From: a virus
Lineage: Duplodnaviria; Caudoviricetes
Direction: 5' to 3' (one strand)
Virus record (IMG/VR): IMGVR_UViG_3300032254_000001
Location: 64,001 to 128,000 of that record
DNA: 64,000 bases
How positions within the stretch are numbered: position 1 is the first letter of the stretch; every line of letters begins with the position of its first letter. The notes under the pieces are model-generated. The model saw only the letters and a list, made by a program, of their open reading frames with translations, had not been told where the DNA came from and did not search any database. The position numbers and the translations under genes are program-made. This document shows, in pieces, positions 41,279 through 51,345 of this stretch.

Positions 41279-42492
41279 TCATGATTTGTTTCCTGTTGTT
41301 AAAAGTGATTTTAGCACGTAGTATGCATTCCATGCTTCTTTTAGTGCCTGGTTGTCTGTTTCGACACCTTCAAGTAATTCAAAGTAATGCCTTTCCCACG
41401 ATGGTCTGCGGTCAACTGCTTCCTGCTGTGTTTCTGTTAATGCACGAATAGTTTTAATCTGTTCCCATGCATCGTTTAATGTTGGATTGTCTCTGCGAAG
41501 TTTTTCCATTGCCGACAAAGAGTTTTCTTCAATCTCAGCTTGAATTTTAGCTTCAATTTCTTCTTCAGTTAATCCTTCAAGTGAATCTATTTCTGCCATT
41601 ACTTTTTCACCAATTGTTTTATTGCCTGATACTTATCCCATGCATCCTTTAATGCTGGATGGTTCTCGTGTAGTATCTTTTCTTCGAGCTGTTCAATTTG
41701 TATAGTTTGAAGCGCGACTTTAAGTTGCATTAACTCTCGCTTCTCTTCGTCAATTGCACTTTCAACAGGTACGTTGTTCAACCAAGGTTCGTAGTCAGAC
41801 ATATCAGGCATTTTCCACAGTCCTTAAAATGATTTGGTACTTCTCCCAAGCATCTTGTAACGCTGGGTACTCTTCACGTAACTTGCGTTCTTTGATTTCT
41901 TGTTGTTTGTACGCTTTGTTTTTACGTTTCGCAGACCTAAGTAAGTCTGTACGCTTATCAATAAGATCGCCATCAATGCTGTACATAAAACCTTCCTCTA
42001 GAAACTCATCATTCATCTGCTTTTGTCAACTTCTTAGTTAATTGGTATTTGTCGTATAAATCCTGCAATGCAGGGTTCTGCTTACGTAACTCTTTTTCAA
42101 ACTCTAATTGTTCTTCTAATGCTTCAATACGAGATTCTAACATTTCAAATACGCTCTCATATGATGAGCCTCGTGGAACGTCAGCTATTCTCATAAAGTC
42201 AACCGCCACCGTCATTGCCTACGTTGTCGTCAGCTGTCTTTACTAATGTATAAACAACTTTGTACTGATCGTATAATTGCTGCAAAGCAGGGTTCTGCTT
42301 GCGTAACTCTTCTTCTCTCTTCTGCTGAGCTAGTAAATCGTTGAGCTGGGTCTTCATTAACATAAGGTCAGACTGCATATCAATAAGCTCGTAATTACCT
42401 TGAACCATAACCTGAACCTCAGGCTGACCCATGTTGTTGTAACCTTGGGTGGTGGTTATGTCTATCATTGGGCCAGGCTGAATCTTCAACAT
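41279..42492 (-). repeat. Five tandem paralogous coiled-coil genes
   Basis: 41279-41599, 41599-41811, 41804-42016, 42009-42215, 42199-42492 all carry (L)R..(N/Y/H)P(A/T)L..(A/L)(W/Y)(D/E).. Confidence 0.8.
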
Positions 42493-42493
42493 G

Positions 42494-43216
42494 TTATTTG
42501 CTCTGCGCTGGTAAGATGTATGTGTATTCTGCTATGCCGCTATCAACAATAATCTGTGCTGCACCGTCATCGCTGATGCGAAGTACTTTATCGCCTGGTA
42601 AGCTAAGAATGTTAATAACATGTGCAATTGGCCAATGCCAGCTACGCTTTAAGTCGCCTGATACGTCAGGTGTAAATACAAAGTTACCTGCGTGAGTGCT
42701 GTGATCGCCAAAGTAAAATACTAAATCGCCGTCTTCTGTTTTGGCAATGAATGTGCTTTCTGTTGGGTTAGCTGCTGCCTGGAACTTCAAACGCTGAATG
42801 CTTGCCATTGATGGTTCAAGCTCAACATGCCATGACACGCCTTTAAACTTAACCGTCTTAAGTTGGTCTTCAACGATTTCTTTAGTCATAAACCTGTAAT
42901 CGTTTGTGAAGTCACCAGTGGTATTTAAGAAGTTCATACTAACTGGACCTTTAACTGCATCCTGCTTTACTGTAATAACAGCATCGTTTAAATACTCATC
43001 GATACCAAGAATAGTTTTCAATGTTGACATGTTTGGCATACCAAACGTGCCCTTAAACTCAGCAATCGGTTTATGAAACGTTGCTTGGATAACTACACTT
43101 TTATCTTCTGCTAGACCTTCAATTGAAGTTTCTGTGTCTGTACCAGTAACCTTAACTAAGTCAATGCACCCTAAATCATGTGTATGTGCAATTAAATCTT
43201 TTAAATTATCAATCAT
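42494..43216 (-). CDS. DNA polymerase sliding-clamp-like protein
   Basis: 240 aa alternating beta/alpha, ends YILPAQSK (clamp-like terminus), close to polB; family recalled, not searched. Confidence 0.6.
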   Translation of the reverse strand: MIDNLKDLIAHTHDLGCIDLVKVTGTDTETSIEGLAEDKSVVIQATFHKPIAEFKGTFGMPNMSTLKTILGIDEYLNDAVITVKQDAVKGPVSMNFLNTTGDFTNDYRFMTKEIVEDQLKTVKFKGVSWHVELEPSMASIQRLKFQAAANPTESTFIAKTEDGDLVFYFGDHSTHAGNFVFTPDVSGDLKRSWHWPIAHVINILSLPGDKVLRISDDGAAQIIVDSGIAEYTYILPAQSK

Positions 43217-43239
43217 TTTTATTCCTCTATTGTTTTACA

Positions 43240-43268
43240 ATTATACTTGAACTAGTAATAAAAATCAA
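43240..43268 (-). promoter_or_regulatory. Sigma70-type promoter
   Basis: TTGATT-17-TATAAT. Confidence 0.65.
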
Positions 43269-43280
43269 GTATTTCGGTGG

Positions 43281-44228
43281 CTATTCGTCTACAATTTGTC
43301 CTAACGTCTTGCCACCTTTAAGTGATGTGAGTGTGCCTGGCTTCTTAAGCGCAAACCAAGAGACTCGATCTGTTGTTACTGACTCGACAATTTCGAAGCC
43401 AGCGCATTCGCATACCCTTCCTAACATAACTCCAGGTGTGTAACAGTACAAACCTTCTTCAAAGTTTCTTGCTCCAGCTGGTAAGTCACAATTGTTATAC
43501 GTAAACAATAAGTGACCGCCCGGCTTTAACAGCTCAAACGATTCTGCTAGGTACTGCCTAATAACATCCATTGGCTTGAAATTTATAAAGTGCTCCATGA
43601 CAATTAACCCAATCTGTCCTTTCGGAACTAAGTTAGTTAAGAACTGTTCTTTATTCTCATTAATCTGTTTGAATCGAATTGTTTCGTACAGACTTCCGGG
43701 TAAGTTTTCTTTAAGCCAACCAGTAACATCGCATTGTTCCATAACATAAAAGACATCACTCGCTTTAAGTGCATTAAAGAACCTAAGAGAGTTAGGCCTA
43801 ACATATACTGTTGCATGATGCCAAGACGAAAACTGTCGGATTGTTGAAACAAACTTATGTTCGCTCTCCTCGTTGTCAACAAACTGATCAAGCGATCTGT
43901 ACTTTGCTGCTTCCTCTAGATTGAACCAATCCTTGCGTTCGTCATACATGTCGTAGCTAGTGTTAAGTGGTTCCTTAGATAACTGTTGCATTAATGTATT
44001 TGCAGTAATTTTTATTTTATCTATGTCTTCGACTAATGATGTGGTATCGTTCAGTATTGCAAAGATGTCCTCATCAATTTCGTCTAAGTCAATTGCTAAG
44101 TCACTGTCTTTCAAGTCGCGTATATTATCCCTAATATCAGAAAGTTTTTTGTCAAGAGCTATTAGCTCTGGAGTGATATTCCAATTATCGATTGTTAACT
44201 TCTGTGTTAGTAAGTCGCTTAATTTCAT
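43281..44228 (-). CDS. Coiled-coil plus class I SAM-dependent methyltransferase-like domain
   Basis: IGLIVMEHFINF...YL.E.FELLKPGGHLLFTYN. Confidence 0.6.
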   Translation of the reverse strand: MKLSDLLTQKLTIDNWNITPELIALDKKLSDIRDNIRDLKDSDLAIDLDEIDEDIFAILNDTTSLVEDIDKIKITANTLMQQLSKEPLNTSYDMYDERKDWFNLEEAAKYRSLDQFVDNEESEHKFVSTIRQFSSWHHATVYVRPNSLRFFNALKASDVFYVMEQCDVTGWLKENLPGSLYETIRFKQINENKEQFLTNLVPKGQIGLIVMEHFINFKPMDVIRQYLAESFELLKPGGHLLFTYNNCDLPAGARNFEEGLYCYTPGVMLGRVCECAGFEIVESVTTDRVSWFALKKPGTLTSLKGGKTLGQIVDE

Positions 44229-46985
44229 TTAAAACTCAAATAGGTTACCGAATGTACTACTCGTATCAGTATGTGCTTTTAAATCCCAATCCAGCACACC
44301 AAGCAAGTTGTCAACCTTTTGGTCAATAACTGTTGCTTCCATTGTTGCATCATCAAATGGTAAATCCTTAAACCACTGCGGAATATTATTCTCATCCGTA
44401 GGACGAGCGACACTTGTAATGTTCAGCGGGTTGTCTTTTAACCTACAAATAATTGCCTTACTACCGTCAGTTATTGCCATAGTAAAGTTATCATTGTACA
44501 AGTTGCGAAGATTATTGTAGTTATAACCAGCACGTACATGACCGGGCAACCTTGCCTTTTCACCTTTCTTCTGTGCTGCTCTTTCCTGTGCGCTGTACAT
44601 TGTTAGGTTGTTAATACGCTTAGGAGATCCTTTCTCCCATGATGGTAATGCACCAAACTCTTTCTTAAACTCAAGTATTTGATCAATTACTTTCTCTTTA
44701 CCAAGTTCGTTAAGTGTAGAGTCAAGTATGTCCTTTAAGAACTCTTGTACTACAGGCGGAGTATCAGAACGTTTTAAGTCTAATCCCATTGCCTTAACTT
44801 TACCTGGCTTACCATCAACATCAAGTCGCTTGCCTTCATTATCAACAACCATAATTGCATAACGTTTCTTGGTTATAAACAAACCATTCACGCCAACAAC
44901 TTCTCGTCCGCACTTAATAAGTTCGCCGTAGTGGGTAGGACAATTAAATGCCCTGTGCATGTACGGTGGAAAACTTATATTACACTCTTCTGCTAAACTG
45001 TCGTAGAGTGCAATAGCGATGTCTACGTCCCATTCCTGCTGTCCTGATTCTACTGCGTCTTTAACTACAGGCCATGCTGTAAAGTAAGCTGAGTCAGTAT
45101 CACCGTAAACAATGCATTCACCAACATGATCATATTCGCCGGTAAGACATTGGTTAACTTGTGCATCCATGTGCTGTGCAATTGCTCGTCCTGTAAGTGT
45201 TGTAGACTGCCCGATACGTTTATCAAAGAAACGACAATGCTCGTTTAAGATAGCGCCGTACAGTGAGTTCAAGTTGATCTTTTTAACTAACTGTCGCTTA
45301 TCCCAGTACTCAACATCTGCATCTAAGCCTGCTGCAATAGCTTGCTTTAACTTGGCCTGCATTTCTTTACGCTCTGCGTACCAACGTTTTAACAGGTTTG
45401 GAATAATACCGGGATTCTTTAAACTAAAGATAGTACCGTTCGCAGATACAATCCAAGGTTGATCACTATTGAATATTAAATCATGTGCATCCTTAGCAGT
45501 CATTGTTGAATCGCCTGCTAGTTTAGCAAACGTAGATAGGTCATCAGATGTCTTTGGTTCCCAGTCAATGGTAACTTGTACGTCATCGCGACGTTCCATG
45601 ACTGCTGTGTATTCTAGACTACCGAACAAACCTTCCCAAGCTGCTGCAAATGAACAACCCTTTTTCTTTTTAGACTTACCGTTAGCTGCCTGTATAACCT
45701 TGTCGGCCATTTTATCAGCAATGTACTTGTCTGTTTCAATTGGTCGTAACTGTCCAACAATAGTTTCAGGAGCCATGTTACATGCTTGAATAGCAGATGG
45801 ATATAGACTGTTAATATCGACTGAGCCAATCCACTTATGTAAACCCTTCTTAGGATATGCTACATATGCGCCTGCTGCCTGTGTATTTTCATCTTCTCCG
45901 TAACGTACTTTGTCTGGCACAACAAAACCTTGTTCATGCGCTTCGTTGATAATTGCTTGCTCTGTTACTGCAACCGCACCCATAGTCTTAGGAATAAGAA
46001 CTGTGTTTTCGTGTGCAACTGAGTTAGCTAAGTCAATGAACTTTAACTTCTGATCCAGTTTATGCAGTAGCATGGTATCTTGTTGGTTGTATTCAATGAA
46101 CTTCGGAAAGTCCCTGTTGTACAATGCATCAAGCGAACCTTCGTATGCAACCTTAGTTTCGTTAAGTTCGTATTCGCCTATTGAATCTAAGCTGTACGAT
46201 GGCATTTCGTGATATGTGTACTTGCGATATAGCTGCATGTAATCCATATGGATACGACCAGTTAAATCGTACGTAATATTCTCGCCACCAAAGCGTTCAA
46301 ACGTGCGCTTCTTGGGAAGTTTATCCCACAAACAAAAACGTCTTGTATCATCCTTAGACAGCACTCGTGCAATACGATTAACCATGTACGGAATATCGTA
46401 GCCTTCACTGTTCCATCCACTTAGTACATCTGCATCTTCGATAATATCAAGGAAGTCTTTAAGCATTTCCTTTTCGTCTGTGTACAGGATTGTATTTTCG
46501 TATCTGCTACATATCTCTTTTGCTTCAAGCGGAGACATGTGCTGTGGTGCGATAACCTGTGTAACAAGTTGATCAGTCCAGTTAAGGTACGTTGAAATAG
46601 CTGTTACTTTGTTGAACGGATCAGTTACGGGACTAAATCCTTTTTCAGTATCAAAGTCTACCTCGATATCGAAAAATGCTGTTTGTAAGTCTGGAAACTC
46701 TGCGCCTCTGTAATTCCGTTCAAGGCAACGTGCAATAGGTTGGAAGTCGCTTTCGAACAACTGCGAGCCGCCGTGCATACGCTTTTCTTTTTGATACTCT
46801 TTATGTGAGTTTGATGTAAACTTATTAAGTTTATTGCCGTACACTGACTTATGCTTGCCGCGTGGATCGCTATAGAAAAACGTGTACTCTGCCGGGTACT
46901 CGACAAAGACACGCTTACCGTGTACTCTTTCTACAACAAATACCGTGTCTTTATCTTTATCGTATCTAGCGTCTACGAAACTCAT
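44229..46985 (-). CDS. Family B DNA polymerase (T4 gp43-like)
   Basis: Exo motifs FFDIEV, GWNSEGYDIPY, YNQQD; pol motifs SVDINSLYPS, KKINLNSLYG, YGDTDS, KKRY. Confidence 0.97.
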   Translation of the reverse strand: MSFVDARYDKDKDTVFVVERVHGKRVFVEYPAEYTFFYSDPRGKHKSVYGNKLNKFTSNSHKEYQKEKRMHGGSQLFESDFQPIARCLERNYRGAEFPDLQTAFFDIEVDFDTEKGFSPVTDPFNKVTAISTYLNWTDQLVTQVIAPQHMSPLEAKEICSRYENTILYTDEKEMLKDFLDIIEDADVLSGWNSEGYDIPYMVNRIARVLSKDDTRRFCLWDKLPKKRTFERFGGENITYDLTGRIHMDYMQLYRKYTYHEMPSYSLDSIGEYELNETKVAYEGSLDALYNRDFPKFIEYNQQDTMLLHKLDQKLKFIDLANSVAHENTVLIPKTMGAVAVTEQAIINEAHEQGFVVPDKVRYGEDENTQAAGAYVAYPKKGLHKWIGSVDINSLYPSAIQACNMAPETIVGQLRPIETDKYIADKMADKVIQAANGKSKKKKGCSFAAAWEGLFGSLEYTAVMERRDDVQVTIDWEPKTSDDLSTFAKLAGDSTMTAKDAHDLIFNSDQPWIVSANGTIFSLKNPGIIPNLLKRWYAERKEMQAKLKQAIAAGLDADVEYWDKRQLVKKINLNSLYGAILNEHCRFFDKRIGQSTTLTGRAIAQHMDAQVNQCLTGEYDHVGECIVYGDTDSAYFTAWPVVKDAVESGQQEWDVDIAIALYDSLAEECNISFPPYMHRAFNCPTHYGELIKCGREVVGVNGLFITKKRYAIMVVDNEGKRLDVDGKPGKVKAMGLDLKRSDTPPVVQEFLKDILDSTLNELGKEKVIDQILEFKKEFGALPSWEKGSPKRINNLTMYSAQERAAQKKGEKARLPGHVRAGYNYNNLRNLYNDNFTMAITDGSKAIICRLKDNPLNITSVARPTDENNIPQWFKDLPFDDATMEATVIDQKVDNLLGVLDWDLKAHTDTSSTFGNLFEF

Positions 46986-47248
46986 TATTCAGTGCGGCCC
47001 ACTGATTCTAAGATGTTTTCCAATAGCTCAAAGTCTGTAGTAGCTTGATGGAATGTTGACTTGTGTGCTGTCTTAATAGCTTTGTTAAGTACAGCTGGCT
47101 TGATATCCATTTCTTCTGCGATTGCTTTTACGGTGTCTTTTAGACCACCGTTTAGTACTTCAATTTCTGATAGTACTGATAGACCTTCACTCATTAAGTG
47201 CTTTAGTTTGGCCTTTTCTTCTGAATTAAAAACTTTATTGTCTGACAT
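46985..47248 (-). CDS. DsbA/GapR-like double-stranded DNA-binding protein
   Basis: 87-aa helical, LKDTVKAIAEEMDIKPAVLNKAIKTAHK. Confidence 0.6.
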   Translation of the reverse strand: MSDNKVFNSEEKAKLKHLMSEGLSVLSEIEVLNGGLKDTVKAIAEEMDIKPAVLNKAIKTAHKSTFHQATTDFELLENILESVGRTE

Positions 47249-47271
47249 TTATTATTCTCCTATGAATGTGT

Positions 47272-47300
47272 ATTATAGTGTAGTACTTAATAAATGTCAA
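47272..47300 (-). promoter_or_regulatory. Perfect sigma70 promoter for the replication operon
   Basis: TTGACA-17-TATAAT. Confidence 0.9.
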
Positions 47301-47310
47301 TGCAATAGGC

Positions 47311-47336
47311 AAAAAAATAGGTCCCTAAGGACCTAT
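47311..47336 (-). terminator. Intrinsic terminator ending the late-gene block
   Basis: ATAGGTCC-TTAG-GGACCTAT followed by a T-run on the minus strand. Confidence 0.85.
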
Positions 47337-47359
47337 AAATTTATTCTGTTATTTGGAGG

Positions 47360-50300
47360 TTATAAGCCTAGTACTTTACTCGGCGCCGGACTTAATTCAA
47401 AGCCACGTTTTTCTGCTGCGGCAACTACTTGCTTCAGGTAGACTTGTAACTTAGCTTTTCCGTGCGGATCTAAAGTGCGTAACTTTTGGAGAAGCTTCTG
47501 CCACGTTGCGTTTAACTTTTGGTTTGCTTGCTGATGTTTTGCATCAGCTGCGGCTTTGTTGCCTACGCCAGTGTCGCGATTGATACCTTTAACGCCCGCA
47601 AATGCTGGGTCTGGCTCAAAGTCAAAACCACCGTCTGCTTCAAGTAGTGCAACGACTGACTTACATAGCTTAATAGATTCATTAAGCATTTTATTTTCGC
47701 GTAACGGTTGTTTGTCGAATAATTCAAATAATTTCATAATAATATTTATCTCTGTTTTAGCGTATTAACTGAAACTTCGAGCCCAGTCGTTTGCGTTCTT
47801 AAAGCCCTGATCACGTGCTAACATATTAATTTCCTTCATGCTCATGTTATGCATAACCATTAAATGGTCAATTGGGTCTCCGCCGCCTGCTGCAATATCA
47901 CCAAACATGCTAATAGCATTATGGTCAATTCTTTTCTTAGGCTTTTTCATTTTCATTTCTAATTCCCAACCGTTCTTTTGGAAATCAATAAATTCTTTTG
48001 CTCTGTCGAACTTGCCATTTGGATATATTGCAAATCTAACGTTGCCGTTGCGACCTAATAAAGCTACTTCGTCACCTTTCACTAATGTAACATCGCTGTA
48101 TAAGTGACCGCCGGACTTTTCTAAACGTGATACTGTGTTGTTCTGTTGTTCTGTCGGGCCTGCTGGAGCTGCTTCGCTCATGTATTTTTCAAAATCCCTG
48201 TATCCACGACGCCTTAATTCACGGTTAATTATTTTGATTTGAAATTCACGTGGAGTACCTTCGCCTGGTGATTGTTGATCGTCTATACCTTTGCCCTGAA
48301 GCCTAAGTAATGTTTCGTCATCCATATCTTTAACGGCTGCCATCATGTCTTGTGGCTGACGGTAACCATCCCACCAAAATGCTTTATTCCATCTTTTGCC
48401 TAGGCTATCGGATTTTGCTTCTTCGACACTTTCATTCTTTTCATTGTGCTGTTTCCAAGCTGTAGCATAAAGCACTTCTTCCCACTTATCGCCGTACTGG
48501 TCTTTAAAGTCCGCTTTGCGATCTTTAATCCATCCTTCCATGCCCGGTGGTGCTTTCTCGTTAATCTCAGCTTCGCCTAAAATGTCAATTGGTTCTACTG
48601 CCCCGGCTCTATTTCGTTTACCCATATAACCTGTAAATTCCGTTTTATTTGCTAGTGGAAAGTACTGGTCGCTGTCGTCTGTTTCAACAGGTGTTTCATT
48701 TGATAACCAATGATAAGCACCTGCTGGAGTTTGCCCAACGTGTGTTGCCCATCGCGGTGCTTGGCTAGCTTTTGGTGCGCCGGGTGTTGTCTTGACTCCC
48801 ATCTTGCGGCCAATTGTATCGATTACGGACCCTTCGTGGATACGTCGTGGTGTTTCAAATAATTCAAATAGTCTCATTCGCCGTCTTCTATTGTTAATTG
48901 GTAGTCAAAGATATCACCTTTGTACTTGTCGCTTACGTGTGATTCCTTTGCAACAAGTTTAATCGTTTTGCCTTGGCTCATTAAACGTTTCATATCATCA
49001 GCCATACTATCAAAGTTTGATGTTGACATGCCTTCGTTAATTGGTTCTTCAGCTAAGTTAAACTTGCCGTTATCGCCTTTGCTTAACTCACGTGCTTTGC
49101 GTTCGTCGTGTAATTCTTTCTTAAATTGGGTTGCTTTGTCTTCTTCTGTCTCGTCCATTGAACGGAAAAGGTCTGCTAGTGATTGCTTCTTGTTCATTTC
49201 AGTACGCGGTGCTTCTGGTTGGGTAACTGTGTCTTCAAGTATTTCTGCGTGTGCTACTGTAGCCATTCTATCGCCACCTGCACCATCACCTAAATTAAAA
49301 CGCTTGCCAACTGCATAGTAATCAAGCATCTGCTCGTCGGATAGCCCAGCTGCCATGTTAGTTGACATTTCTTCGCCTGTGTCAAATGTAACTTTGATTG
49401 CACGTAAACCGCCTTCTGTAACTGCGCTTTCGCCTACGTTAATCTTTTCAAGTTCATCAACTACTTCTTTACCAGCTTCTGGTTCACCCTCTTCGCCGCC
49501 TACCAGGAAGTTACTTGCTGGGTGTTTAGTATCTGTATTCTTTGCCATTGTATGTGTACTTGGCATTTGGTTAACGCTCTTTTGCTGTGCGTCTAACCCT
49601 TCTAACAATGATCTCATTGCATTCTTTTCAGCGGCAGCGGTACTTTCTTTCTGCTCACCTGTGTTTGCATCCGTTACTATTCCAGTGCCGCCTTCAGCAT
49701 TAGAAAAGTTCTTTAGGATGTTTGTCATATCATTGTCAATCATAATTAGTCCTTGCTATTAGCGTATTTACCTGTTTTCTTGGCTTTTTTCTTTGTTTTT
49801 GGCGCACGTTGTACAGGTGCACCAAGTGGTGCTACTACTGTTGCCATACCGCCTGCACACGTTGTTTCGTTCAGGCTATTCTTTTCAAGTTCAATATAAG
49901 ATGCAGTAACATGACTTAATCGGTAATCGCCAAACTCTGCTCTACGTAGCTCATCAATTAGGTCTGCTGCTGTTTCACGCCACTCAACGTCCTGTCCTTC
50001 GTAATCCCAACGTTGTCCTGGCTTACGATTCTTGTTCCTAGGAACTGATACAATAACGTCCATATTTCTTTTAGCAGATGCTTTGTGTGGCTCGCCTAAT
50101 TCATTAGCAACATAGTTGTCCATGAAATGCTGTAGTTCTTCTTCGGTGCGGCTGTAGTCAGTGTCCTGTGGATAGTAATCATCCTCAGTTATAAATTCTG
50201 TTGCTCTCATGGTAATATCTCAAATTTGTAGTTGTCTATCATTTTAGCATCACCTAATTCAATATGCGGGTTGCTAACTGTGAACTCACCAATGCTAGGT

Positions 50301-50742
50301 TCTAACCTTTCAAGGCAAAATTCATATACACCTGGTACCGCTTTTACCTGGAGCATTTCTTTAATATATGTGTTGTCGTTGTACTTAAATGTGCGTTCGG
50401 TGAACAATTCATCGTTTAAATAGATTCTGTACTGCGGCGGAAAGGCTTCCCACTTGCATCTAACTTCAAATCTAACTTTGACAAATTTTGGTTCCATAAC
50501 ACTATTTAGCGTTCCATCTTAGCTAGTCTAGTATAATAGTCCGGCAACTCATTTAAATGATCTAGCGCAATTTCTCTTGCCGCTGCTCTGTTTGTTATGT
50601 GCTCTAATTCAACACCCGTACCCTTATCTAACTGCGCGTTGATTTCGTCGACAGTTACACCGTGCTTTGCAGCAATCTGCTCAACTGATGGTGTGTCAAC
50701 ACTTGGCATTATTTCTTCTGTTATAAATTCTGTTGATTTCAT
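47360..50742 (-). other. Block of putative virion internal/late proteins
   Basis: 47360-47737 (MKLFELFD), 47765-48877 (MRLFELFE), 48874-49743, 49746-50210 (MRATEFITE), 50207-50497, 50506-50742 (MKSTEFITE; HITNRAAAREIALDHLNELPDYY). Confidence 0.65.
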
Positions 50743-50745
50743 ATG

Positions 50746-51345
50746 TTATCCGTATATCCAATCGTTAACTAGCTTGAATCGGATGTTAAATGCATTCATA
50801 AACAACTGCATTTCTTTAAGACATTCGTGCTGTCCTCCGCCACCAAGTAACGATCCACTAAGTGATTTTAAATCACCAATGCTGATGTCTGGAATGTAAA
50901 TCCCATCATCGTACATCCACTCGCCGCCATCATCGCCAACAAGTTCTTTGAATATTTCTTCGCCGTTTTCTTGTCGCTCGATAATATCTCTACTATCGGT
51001 CATGTCATTCATAACCATGTAACGTACTACTTTAATAATAGTGCTGTCATCTACACCTTGGTCCATCCATGAACGTAACCAAGCATATGACTTCTCTTTA
51101 AAATTTATGTTGTGTGCTAGATCTTCATCTAGGCCGTGTTCCATATAATGATAAGCTACTTCAGACGGTGTGTCTTCAATGCCAACATCTTCGCCGTTAA
51201 AAAATGCAGTAACGTTTGGACGTTTTGCATTTATGTAGGCAATGGCTTCTTCTATAGCATCATTGTATCCAAAGTCGTCGGATTGATATGCTGGTTGAAA
51301 GTCTATTAAAATAACACTATTGCCACGCGCTTCAAATAATTCCAT
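50746..51345 (-). CDS. Cysteine hydrolase (isochorismatase/nicotinamidase)-like protein
   Basis: VILIDFQP near the N-terminus and GGGQHECL near the C-terminus. Confidence 0.45.
   Translation of the reverse strand: MELFEARGNSVILIDFQPAYQSDDFGYNDAIEEAIAYINAKRPNVTAFFNGEDVGIEDTPSEVAYHYMEHGLDEDLAHNINFKEKSYAWLRSWMDQGVDDSTIIKVVRYMVMNDMTDSRDIIERQENGEEIFKELVGDDGGEWMYDDGIYIPDISIGDLKSLSGSLLGGGGQHECLKEMQLFMNAFNIRFKLVNDWIYG

Noticed and set aside
44229-46985. Intein or intron in the DNA polymerase
   Set aside because: Length and motif spacing are normal; no intein C/S...HN signature.
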